Below are positions 1 to 7,670 of a stretch of DNA of 34,288 nucleotides, piece after piece. The notes beneath the pieces were generated by a model. That model was given only the letters and a program-made list of their open reading frames with translations. It was not told the origin of the DNA and searched no databases. Each line of letters opens with the position of its first letter. Within the stretch, counting starts at the first letter, position 1. The position numbers and the translations under genes were made by a program. Origin of the DNA: a virus (lineage: Duplodnaviria; Caudoviricetes); IMG/VR virus record IMGVR_UViG_3300014656_001808, positions 1 to 34,288 of that record. The stretch is one strand, 5' to 3'.

Positions 1-87
1 GCCGAACCGCCGCCGCCGGCAACGCCGTCTGGGCATGGCAGTCTCGTGCACTGACGCGCTTTCTGCGCGCCGAGAAGCGGCGACCGC

Positions 88-189
88 ATGATCCCCTACC
101 GCCCCACCCGCGCGCACTGGTCGGCGCTGGCCCTCGCCGGCGCCGGCCTGGTCCTGGTGGCCATCCTACACGCCCTCACCGGAGCCTGA
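88..189 (+). CDS. Small single-TM hypothetical protein (33 aa)
   Basis: Read by hand: MIPYRPTRAHWSALALAGAGLVLVAILHALTGA*. ATGA overlap with an upstream open frame; stop lies immediately before the recombinase ATG at 191. Confidence 0.5.
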   Translation: MIPYRPTRAHWSALALAGAGLVLVAILHALTGA

Positions 190-190
190 C

Positions 191-916
191 ATGTTCACCA
201 AATCCCGCGCAATAATCTATGCCCGCTACAGCCCGCGCCCCCAGCAGGCCGCGGACAACTGCGAATCCGCCAACATTCAGATAGGCAAATGCACCGGATA
301 CGCTGATATGCGCAACTTTGCACTTGCCGCCGAACCATTCATCGACAAGCTCACCAGCGGCTCTACCCCACTCGCCAAACGACCGGCCGGCAAGAAACTC
401 GTCGCCGCCTTGAACAAACGCACCCCGATCGCCCACCACGTCATCATAACCAAACTCGACCGAGGATTCCGCAACGTCTCCGACTGCCTCGATCAGATTA
501 CCACCTGGGATCAACGCGGCATCACCCTGCACATCATCGACCTGGGCGGCGCCACGATCGACACCGCTTCCGCCACCGGCCGGCTGTTTCTGACCCTGCT
601 CGCCGCGATGGCCGCCTGGGAACGCGGCATTATTAGCGAACGCACATCCGACGCCATGCGCCACAGCCAGGCCAACGGCCGGCGAATGTCCGACCAAACC
701 CCCTATGGCTGGAAACGCGATCCACGCAACCCCGCCCTGCTGACCGAGATCCCCCGCGAGCAAGCCGGGATAGTCGCCATCGTCGAGCTACACGCAGCCG
801 GCTACGGCCTACGCGAGATCGGCCGCGAGCTGATGCGTCGTGGCCGCCGCTGCCGCGGACGCGAGTGGCGACACAGCACCATCAAGCGCATTCTCCGCCG
901 CGCAGGCTGCCCGTGA
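191..916 (+). CDS. Serine recombinase (resolvase/invertase catalytic domain plus short C-terminal DNA-binding region)
   Basis: IIYARYS catalytic-Ser motif, ITKLDRGFR, IDTASATGRLFLTLLAAMAAWERGIISERT helix E, TPYGW and W.HSTIKRIL; GGAG SD upstream. Confidence 0.92.
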   Translation: MFTKSRAIIYARYSPRPQQAADNCESANIQIGKCTGYADMRNFALAAEPFIDKLTSGSTPLAKRPAGKKLVAALNKRTPIAHHVIITKLDRGFRNVSDCLDQITTWDQRGITLHIIDLGGATIDTASATGRLFLTLLAAMAAWERGIISERTSDAMRHSQANGRRMSDQTPYGWKRDPRNPALLTEIPREQAGIVAIVELHAAGYGLREIGRELMRRGRRCRGREWRHSTIKRILRRAGCP

Positions 917-1349
917 CGCCCGCCGGCGGATCCGCCAGGTGCAACCCGAGATCAACCGCACACTCAGCGACCAGCCGCGGATTACAATCGTGGCCATGCT
1001 CGATCACCCACCGCGCCGCCTCGCTTACCCGCCACCCGCTGAGCATCATAAAGTGCCGATCCAGCACGTTCCGCACGGCCTGACGCTGCACATCCCGCCA
1101 CTCGCGTTGACGCTCAGCAAACGGCCGGCCCTGACCGGTGTAGAATTGCAGCAGGCCCAGCCGGCGGAGTCGCTGACACGTCTTCGCAATCTGCCCTGCC
1201 ACCAGCCGGATCCCGGTCGCCAGAAAGATCACGTCGATCAGATCGTCATAAGCCACTCCAGCAGCCCACAGCGCCTTATCACGCTCGCACAGCCACCCCT
1301 CAATCACGTTCTGCTGTGTCACCTTCAGCCGGTTTCTGGTCGGTTTCAT
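882..1349 (-). CDS. Hypothetical protein
   Basis: 155-aa ORF directly downstream of, and overlapping, the initiator gene on the same strand; fills the gap to the convergent recombinase; protein-like composition. Confidence 0.55.
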   Translation of the reverse strand: MKPTRNRLKVTQQNVIEGWLCERDKALWAAGVAYDDLIDVIFLATGIRLVAGQIAKTCQRLRRLGLLQFYTGQGRPFAERQREWRDVQRQAVRNVLDRHFMMLSGWRVSEAARWVIEHGHDCNPRLVAECAVDLGLHLADPPAGVTGSLRGGECA

Positions 1350-2370
1350 GGATCAAACTCGCATGAGAGCCAATCTTATCCAGCCACCAGGCCGGCCAGC
1401 CTTCCGCTGGACCGCCCGGCAACTTCATAATGATCTTCCACTCGCGGAACAGCTCCGCCTGCGCCAACGGCAACAACCGCTGCCGCTGCCGCTCGGTCAT
1501 ATCCAGCGCCACCTTCCGCCGCGCCGCCATGACCGGATCGCCGTCGATGTACTGCGTCTGCATCATCGTCGCCGCCTTGCGCGCCATGCCACCTTTGAAG
1601 CCGCGTAGTTCCTTCGGCGCCGTGTACGCCCGCTCCGAACCCACCGACCGCAGCGCCGAGCGCACGTATCCGCCGACCAGCTTCTGCCGCAACCGGCGCG
1701 ACGACTTCGAGGCATACCCCCACTCTAAGCGCTCCATCACCACCTTAACGCCGTAATACTCAACGGTCGCCTTTGCTCCCTGCTGACCATCGGTTGCCCA
1801 CCCCTCAGCGATCAGCAAACCGGCAACTAGATTAATCAAGGCGTCATCAATAACCGACTCAGTTTCGGTCGGCGCGATGGGGTACCTCGTATGCATATTT
1901 ATATCTCTATCTCTATGCTCTATGCGGTAAACCGGGGATAGAGTTTCATAGAATGCAGACCTTAATGGTGGAAGCAAGTCGGCCACGTATTCAGCGTACT
2001 CCTGTGCTATCATAGACTTAAGCGCACAATTCGGGAGCGCATTTAGCGCTCTTCCACACATAATGGCATCATTAATTTTTACGATTGGCTGCCAAGTGCG
2101 CAATTTCGGCGCCCACATTAGTGCGCCTTTTGCATCCACCCTAACTAAAGGCGAAGATCCGTCCGAAAGTTCTTCGAGTGCTTCTTCCGCCTGTTTGACT
2201 TCCCAATTCAGTTCCGCCGCCAGCCCTTCGACGGTCGTGCGCAAACTACCTACAATTGTAGTATGATAATGAGTTGCGACGAAGAAGAAGGCCAGCTTGG
2301 CGTATGTCGAGGCGTCCTTGAATTGCGGGTCATCCCACAGATTTGTCTGGATTTTTCGCCAGTCAGCCAC
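1300..2370 (-). CDS. Putative phage replication initiator (replisome-organiser-like N-terminal winged helix)
   Basis: N-terminus WRKIQTNLWDDPQF..S..AKL.F..V.T..H....G.....E.LA.EL matches the pattern of phage initiator N-domains as I recall it; GTG start with GGAG SD; lies next to dnaB. Confidence 0.7.
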   Translation of the reverse strand: MADWRKIQTNLWDDPQFKDASTYAKLAFFFVATHYHTTIVGSLRTTVEGLAAELNWEVKQAEEALEELSDGSSPLVRVDAKGALMWAPKLRTWQPIVKINDAIMCGRALNALPNCALKSMIAQEYAEYVADLLPPLRSAFYETLSPVYRIEHRDRDINMHTRYPIAPTETESVIDDALINLVAGLLIAEGWATDGQQGAKATVEYYGVKVVMERLEWGYASKSSRRLRQKLVGGYVRSALRSVGSERAYTAPKELRGFKGGMARKAATMMQTQYIDGDPVMAARRKVALDMTERQRQRLLPLAQAELFREWKIIMKLPGGPAEGWPAWWLDKIGSHASLIHETDQKPAEGDTAERD

Positions 2371-2409
2371 ACCCTGACTCCGAATCAGCCCCGCTTATCT
2401 TTTCGGCAG

Positions 2410-2438
2410 ACATTACCATCGCCGCCAGCATAATGCAA
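2410..2438 (-). promoter_or_regulatory. Putative leftward sigma70 promoter
   Basis: On the - strand TTGCAT (2438-2433), 17 bp, TAATGT (2415-2410), upstream of the initiator gene. Confidence 0.45.
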
Positions 2439-2440
2439 TC

Positions 2441-2468
2441 TTGACAGGCTACCATTCTAGGTTATATT
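2441..2468 (+). promoter_or_regulatory. Putative rightward sigma70 promoter of the early operon
   Basis: TTGACA (2441-2446), 16 bp, TATATT (2463-2468) in an AT-rich intergenic region. Confidence 0.7.
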
Positions 2469-2492
2469 TCATCAAGTTAGGTAAAGGTAGCC

Positions 2493-2750
2493 ATGGTTTT
2501 ACGCGATCATCAGCAAGTACCACCGTACACGCAGTACACGACTGCCCAGGTGGCCGTTCTGCTCAACATTAACCGGCAGAACGTAATAAAGAAATGCGCC
2601 TCCGGTGCGATCAAGGCCCGCCAGGACAACAAGGCCGGATTCTGGCGGATCTCCGCCGAAGCCCTTCGCGATTATTTGGGCGTGTCGCCCGCCACCCCGC
2701 TACCCACCCCCGATTCCCTCGACCCACAGGAGCCCGCCGATGATCAATGA
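2493..2750 (+). CDS. Helix-turn-helix DNA-binding protein (excisionase/HTH_17-like)
   Basis: YTTAQVAVLLNINRQNVIKKCASGAIKA...G.WRISAEALRDYL is a typical MerR/Xis-type HTH; AAAGG SD. Confidence 0.85.
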   Translation: MVLRDHQQVPPYTQYTTAQVAVLLNINRQNVIKKCASGAIKARQDNKAGFWRISAEALRDYLGVSPATPLPTPDSLDPQEPADDQ

Positions 2751-2940
2751 CCCGTTTTTCCCGGTCCCGCCCGGCGCCGAAGATCGCGGCATTGCCGCCG
2801 CCGACTTCGCCTTTCTGGTCCTCTTGGCCGCCGAGATAATTTCCGACCCTCAGCGCAAGCGCTCCACCGATGAGCACGTCCGCAACGCCAACACGCTAAC
2901 CCATAAATACTTTGAAGCTCTACGACTGGGAGTCTGTTAA
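2740..2940 (+). CDS. Hypothetical protein (66 aa, start MINDP)
   Basis: ATG at 2740 with CAGGAG SD; TAATG overlap with the dnaB start. The track start at 2605 is probably too long. Confidence 0.65.
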   Translation: MINDPFFPVPPGAEDRGIAAADFAFLVLLAAEIISDPQRKRSTDEHVRNANTLTHKYFEALRLGVC

Positions 2941-4355
2941 TGTCCCTGCACGACTTCCCCCTACCGCACAACGACGCCGCGGAGCGCTCCACGCTTGGCA
3001 GCATGCTCCGCGAAGCATATGCGATCGACATGGCCATTGCCACCTTCGCACCCTTCGGCGCCGAAGTGTTCGATGTCCCGGCGCACCAGAAAATCTACAA
3101 GGTCATCACCGAGTTACACGCGCGCGGCAAGCCAATTGACGGCGAGCTGATCCGCGAGCTGGCCACGAAACGCGGCACATGGGACGAGTTCGATGGCTAC
3201 AAGGGCTTAGCCGAGATGATCAACTCCGTAGCTTCGCCACTGCGCGTCGAATACTACGCAAGCATTGTTCGCGACAAGTACCTTTTGCGCAAAATCATGG
3301 GCACCCTGGACCTTTGCGGCCGGAAGATTCAAAAGCACGCCACCGCTGCCGAAGCCATCGAATTCATCCAAGGCGCCATCCTCGATCTCGACCGCCACCG
3401 CGAGATGCACAACGTCCAAACCGCCGGCGAGCTGGCCACCCAGGCTATCAAGTACCTGTCCGAACCCAAAGGCGATCTCCGCGGCCTGTACACGGGCTTC
3501 CCCCGCCTCGATCAATTCCTGGCCGGCCTGCAACCTGGCCAACTGCTCGTAATTGGCGCGCGCCCGGCTGTCGGCAAGACCGCCCTGGCCCTGAACATGG
3601 CCGCCCACATTGCCCTTCAGCGCCACCCGACGCTTTTCTTCTCACTGGAAATGGCCGCCGGCGAGCTGACCAACCGGCTCCTGGCATCCGGCTCACGTGT
3701 CCCTTCGCATAAGCTGCGCAAACGCCCAATTTGGGACCAGGACTTAAAAAAACTGGCTGGCGCCAAAGATGTACTGCTCGACTCGAAGCTGTACATCGAC
3801 GATTCCAGCACACATACGATCCACTCCTTGCGCTCGGTCGCCCGCGTCGTGCATAACCGCCACCGCATCGAATGCATTTTCGTCGATTACCTGCAATTGC
3901 TCCGCGATCCCGAGTCCGCCAGGCGCAGCCGGCAGGAAGAAGTTGCCCGGATCAGCGGCTCGCTCAAGGCCCTGGCCCGCGACCTGGAGATCCCGGTAGT
4001 GGTTGTCTGCCAGCTCAACCGCCAACCCGACATCCACCAGAAGAAACCGCGCATGAGCGACCTGCGTGAATCGGGCGCGATCGAGCAGGACGCCGACGTG
4101 GTCCTGCTACTGCATCGCGATTTATATGCCCGGGAGGTCAAGGCCGACGAGAATCCGGACCCGACCGAAGTATCCGACGCCGAGCTGATCATTGCCAAGC
4201 AGCGTAACGGGCCGGTCGGCGTAATCAAGCTGCACTGGCACGCGAAGTACACCCGTTTCGACGTTCCGGCCGACCAGACCGCCAAACTTCTGTACGGCGA
4301 CGAGAAGGCCGGCTACGACCCCGCCGACGACCTGCCCTACGACGTTGACGTATAA
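2940..4355 (+). CDS. dnaB: Replicative DNA helicase DnaB
   Basis: PH...AE...LG N-domain, Walker A GARPAVGKT, FSLEM, Walker B IFVDYLQLL, QLNR, DLRESGAIEQDAD, IAKQRNGP. Confidence 0.97.
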   Translation: MSLHDFPLPHNDAAERSTLGSMLREAYAIDMAIATFAPFGAEVFDVPAHQKIYKVITELHARGKPIDGELIRELATKRGTWDEFDGYKGLAEMINSVASPLRVEYYASIVRDKYLLRKIMGTLDLCGRKIQKHATAAEAIEFIQGAILDLDRHREMHNVQTAGELATQAIKYLSEPKGDLRGLYTGFPRLDQFLAGLQPGQLLVIGARPAVGKTALALNMAAHIALQRHPTLFFSLEMAAGELTNRLLASGSRVPSHKLRKRPIWDQDLKKLAGAKDVLLDSKLYIDDSSTHTIHSLRSVARVVHNRHRIECIFVDYLQLLRDPESARRSRQEEVARISGSLKALARDLEIPVVVVCQLNRQPDIHQKKPRMSDLRESGAIEQDADVVLLLHRDLYAREVKADENPDPTEVSDAELIIAKQRNGPVGVIKLHWHAKYTRFDVPADQTAKLLYGDEKAGYDPADDLPYDVDV

Positions 4356-4375
4356 CAGAAAAAGGAGTTCCACCA

Positions 4376-5032
4376 ATGACAAACAAACAGTACTCGCGCT
4401 GGAAGGACTTCGCGCTGCGCATGGCCCGGACGTGTTACCGCACGTCTCGTCGGCCGCCCGTGGATTGGATCGTGGCGCAAGTCGAAGGTATTTTTGAAAG
4501 GGTTGAGCAGGACGACATCTGCTGCATCCGCGACTGGGATCACTCCGACGATTACCCGCCTGGACACCCATACCACCGCCAGGCTGGCTACTGGTATTGT
4601 CGGCAAGACCCGGCCACTTGTACCTCTGGCGACGTGGCGCATGGCACACACTGTCGCGGCGGCTTGCATTACAGGTTCGCCAGTGCGCCGCTGGTTGGCG
4701 ACCTGGTGAATTCCATGCTGTCTTACGAGGAACCGGTGTTCTGCGACAAAGATGGCGAACCGCTGGATGATGATCGCGCGGACGTCGCCGGCGAGCAATG
4801 GGGCGAGCAATGGGGCGGGCCGGTGCTGTGCTGTATTCGCGCGGGACTGGACATGGCCAGTGCTCCCAGCGCGGGAGTGATCGGCTTCACGGCTGGCGAC
4901 ATCCGCGCGATGTACCCGGGCGGCGTGCCGGACTGGGTGTTCCCGCCCGGCGAGCGGCTGAGTTACTGGCCAGGCGGGGAGCCGGATGGATATTTCACCA
5001 AACTGCCGGACGCGGCCGTTGTCGTGCTATGA
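4376..5032 (+). CDS. Hypothetical phage protein (Cys/Trp-rich)
   Basis: Strong SD AAAAGGAG; 218 aa; ATGA overlap with the next gene. Confidence 0.8.
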   Translation: MTNKQYSRWKDFALRMARTCYRTSRRPPVDWIVAQVEGIFERVEQDDICCIRDWDHSDDYPPGHPYHRQAGYWYCRQDPATCTSGDVAHGTHCRGGLHYRFASAPLVGDLVNSMLSYEEPVFCDKDGEPLDDDRADVAGEQWGEQWGGPVLCCIRAGLDMASAPSAGVIGFTAGDIRAMYPGGVPDWVFPPGERLSYWPGGEPDGYFTKLPDAAVVVL

Positions 5033-5313
5033 GGACGCCCAGCCACGCCGCCACGCGCAACGTCAAGCACGCCCAGCGCCCCCTGACCGCGCGCGAGCAG
5101 GCCGTCAATCAACTTCCGGACGAAGCCCGCGCGATCTACTGGTGCCTGGCCCTGGCCGACCCCCCCGGCCTGACGATTCGCGGTCTGATGAACATGATGG
5201 ACACACGTTACCGGCGCGTGATCGAGCCTCACCTGGAAACCCTGTCAGCGGCCGGCCTGGTCCGCCCGACCATCAAGCATCACTGGCACGTAACCCCGGA
5301 GCAGCACGTATGA
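5029..5313 (+). CDS. Small winged-helix-like protein
   Basis: ATG at 5029 (ATGA overlap); AIYWCL...GLTIRGL......R..IEPHLETLSAAGLV resembles a wHTH. Confidence 0.6.
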   Translation: MRTPSHAATRNVKHAQRPLTAREQAVNQLPDEARAIYWCLALADPPGLTIRGLMNMMDTRYRRVIEPHLETLSAAGLVRPTIKHHWHVTPEQHV

Positions 5314-5576
5314 CAAGCATATTATATCGCCTCAAACTCGGACATGACTTCGCGGCAGATTGCGCCTTCGCGTTACGCGCGGCCCAGTACCCCAGGAAAC
5401 CCAAATTCCGCGCTGCTCGAATCATGCTACGTGCCTTCGTTATGCTGGCCATTGCTAAAAACATTTATCATGGTCGCCTTACCGGTCGCGAGATTGCCAA
5501 GCTGATCCTGGAAAAGTACCGCGCGCAATCCGTGAAACCCCATCAGGAGTTGACCGCCAATGCCCACCCTGGTTGA
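5310..5576 (+). CDS. Hypothetical protein
   Basis: ATG at 5310 with GGAG SD and ATGA overlap (MTSILYRLK...). Confidence 0.6.
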   Translation: MTSILYRLKLGHDFAADCAFALRAAQYPRKPKFRAARIMLRAFVMLAIAKNIYHGRLTGREIAKLILEKYRAQSVKPHQELTANAHPG

Positions 5577-5913
5577 ACGCCCGGACATGTTTGTGATCCT
5601 CGACGAGAACATGCGCCGGTCGATGGAGATCCCGGAAGGCCCGGCGTTACTCACCCTGGCATCGATCGGCCCACCGGTTCACGTGAACACGACCAGGCCC
5701 GTCCCGATCTTTTACCGCCTGGAGCGTCACGACCTCACCCGCCCGGTATTTTGTTGCCACCCCGACACCTGGCGCGACCACTACCTCGAACTCGAAGCCA
5801 TCATCAGAGAGAACCCCGCGCGCGAACCGCTCTTCTGCACGCCGGACAGCCAGAGCACTTTGCGCGGCACAGTCCGATACGTTAAACCAGACCAGGAGCC
5901 CCCCGATGATTAA
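5560..5913 (+). CDS. Hypothetical protein
   Basis: CAGGAG SD; coupled to its neighbours. Confidence 0.7.
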   Translation: MPTLVERPDMFVILDENMRRSMEIPEGPALLTLASIGPPVHVNTTRPVPIFYRLERHDLTRPVFCCHPDTWRDHYLELEAIIRENPAREPLFCTPDSQSTLRGTVRYVKPDQEPPDD

Positions 5914-6199
5914 CGACCACTGCCAGCTCCACCACCGCGTTTCGTGCCTGGTGTCCGAATCCATCCTGCGCGACGTCGTTGTCCGCCATTGTCGCATGTT
6001 AAAGTACGGTGACGTTGAGCGACGCCTGATCCCGCCCGACGCCCGCTTGATCGGCATACGGCCCGCGACCGAGACATATGGTTACATAGTTGATTTTGAA
6101 CACTCGGCATTCACACCCGTAAACGAGTACGATTGCATTCTTCTGCACATCATGGAGCTCATCCCGAAGAATGGCATCGTGAAGGAGCCCCCCCGATGA
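5906..6199 (+). CDS. Hypothetical protein
   Basis: CAGGAG SD; overlaps the upstream stop. Confidence 0.7.
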   Translation: MINDHCQLHHRVSCLVSESILRDVVVRHCRMLKYGDVERRLIPPDARLIGIRPATETYGYIVDFEHSAFTPVNEYDCILLHIMELIPKNGIVKEPPR

Positions 6200-6423
6200 A
6201 AAGTCAATCGATCGTGAATAACCCGCTCGCCGACCCGTTGCGCTGGTGCAAAAACTGCGGCTGGCTCCCCCGCCGCGCGTTCTTTTCGTTGCCGTATTCG
6301 CTCACCGCTGGCACTTTGGCCTTCGTTCTCCGCTGCCGCAAGTGCGAAGGTCGCCGCTTGCACGGCCGCGACCCCGTTGCCAGCACCGCTTCCCACGAAC
6401 CGATACCGAAAGGAGATACCTAA
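6196..6423 (+). CDS. Small zinc-finger protein
   Basis: ATG at 6196 with AAGGAG SD; CKNC...CRKC pairs. Confidence 0.65.
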   Translation: MKSQSIVNNPLADPLRWCKNCGWLPRRAFFSLPYSLTAGTLAFVLRCRKCEGRRLHGRDPVASTASHEPIPKGDT

Positions 6424-7136
6424 TGCCACCAGATTCCAGCGACATACAACGCGAAGAAGACAGTAAAAGCCTGGCCGCCAATCTATCCCAGGACTTGACC
6501 GCCCACATTGCCCTTCAGCGCCACCAGCATGAGCAGCTTCAGTCCCTCACCGACCAGCTCGAAGTCCTGCGCAAAGACAGCATAAAAGAATTCAACAAAT
6601 GCCGCAACGACCTGGCCAGCCACAACGAACGCATCACCAGGGTCGAAAAACCCCTTTCAATCTACGCCGACGACGTTTACACCGTCGCCCGCTACAAAAC
6701 CGACGTTCTTCCTCTCGACCAGCGCCTCAGCGCCCTCGAAACCCACTTCGCCCGCAATTTCCCACAAAGCATTATTCCCCTGGTCACCGCTGAGGAAAAA
6801 GACCAGCATTCCAGCGTTATGCTGGACTTATTAAAGTCTATCGCCTTCCACGAACGGATGCACATCGAGATAAGAAGCGCCCGCCAGAAGTACCCGCCCC
6901 TGGTCTCGATCCAGGAAGCCTACACCGTAATTCTGAAGCAGATTGACGATCTGCGCCGACAGGTATTCCAAAAGGGCCGGCGCGACGTTCCGGACATCCT
7001 GAAGCAACTGGTCCAGATCGCCACCATGTCGTGCCGCGCCGCCGAGGATCTACATTTAATGGACCCCGACAAAGCCCGGATCGCAGCCGCCCCCGACGGC
7101 GCCGCCGTACCTGTAAGCAGGATACCAAACCCATGA
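6423..7136 (+). CDS. Coiled-coil protein with C-terminal degenerate MazG-like (all-alpha NTP pyrophosphatase) domain
   Basis: ATG at 6423 with AAAGGAG SD; C-terminus EIRSARQKYP...S.QEAY.VI....DDL...V......LVQIATM..R..EDL follows the phage MazG-like pattern. Confidence 0.6.
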   Translation: MPPDSSDIQREEDSKSLAANLSQDLTAHIALQRHQHEQLQSLTDQLEVLRKDSIKEFNKCRNDLASHNERITRVEKPLSIYADDVYTVARYKTDVLPLDQRLSALETHFARNFPQSIIPLVTAEEKDQHSSVMLDLLKSIAFHERMHIEIRSARQKYPPLVSIQEAYTVILKQIDDLRRQVFQKGRRDVPDILKQLVQIATMSCRAAEDLHLMDPDKARIAAAPDGAAVPVSRIPNP

Positions 7137-7627
7137 ACAAAGAATTGAACTCGCCGATCCGGCTCAGCGCAGAGGACAATGCCGTTATCAACCGAATTAT
7201 TTCTCATCAGTTAGTGCATCTGCGCGGGATTCTGGCCAGCGTTGACGCCATTTGTGAATTCCTGGACGAATCAGATGTGCTACCCGACGACGAAGACAAC
7301 CCCGCGGTTTTTGAGCGGGCCACGATAACCGGCCGCATCGAACGCGCCATCCTTGATTGCCAGGATGGCGTTTATCTGGACTCAGATGGCAGATCAGTAC
7401 CTTACTGCCGCCTTTCAGAACCAGATGCAGCCACCATGCGCCAGCGCGAACTGGAAGTTTTAGCGGATCCAGATTTACAGGTGTATCTTGATCTTCTCGG
7501 TCGTACCTATGGCGGCGAATGGAAACCGCTCGTTGGCTGCGGACACGCTATAAAAACCGGCTTTTCCTTCAAAGGCATCGCCGTTTATTACGCTAAAGAC
7601 GGCCCCCCAACAGACGCCGCCAGGTAG
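7133..7627 (+). CDS. Hypothetical protein (lower GC, last early gene)
   Basis: ATG at 7133 with ATGA overlap and AGGA SD; 164 aa. Confidence 0.7.
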   Translation: MNKELNSPIRLSAEDNAVINRIISHQLVHLRGILASVDAICEFLDESDVLPDDEDNPAVFERATITGRIERAILDCQDGVYLDSDGRSVPYCRLSEPDAATMRQRELEVLADPDLQVYLDLLGRTYGGEWKPLVGCGHAIKTGFSFKGIAVYYAKDGPPTDAAR

Positions 7628-7670
7628 GACAAAGCTCCGCTTTTTAGCGAATCATGAATTTCTAAAATCG

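Larger units (their letters stand above)
3601..6525 (+). repeat. Exact 27-bp direct repeat pair (3601-3627 and 6499-6525)
   Basis: CCGCCCACATTGCCCTTCAGCGCCACC at both sites; encodes AHIALQRH in both genes. Confidence 0.9.

Noticed and set aside
2940-4355. Intein in DnaB
   Set aside because: Length (471 aa) and motif spacing are those of an uninterrupted DnaB.
4790-4817. 12-bp tandem duplication GGCGAGCAATGG x2
   Set aside because: In-frame and only two copies (GEQW GEQW); no sign of function at the DNA level.
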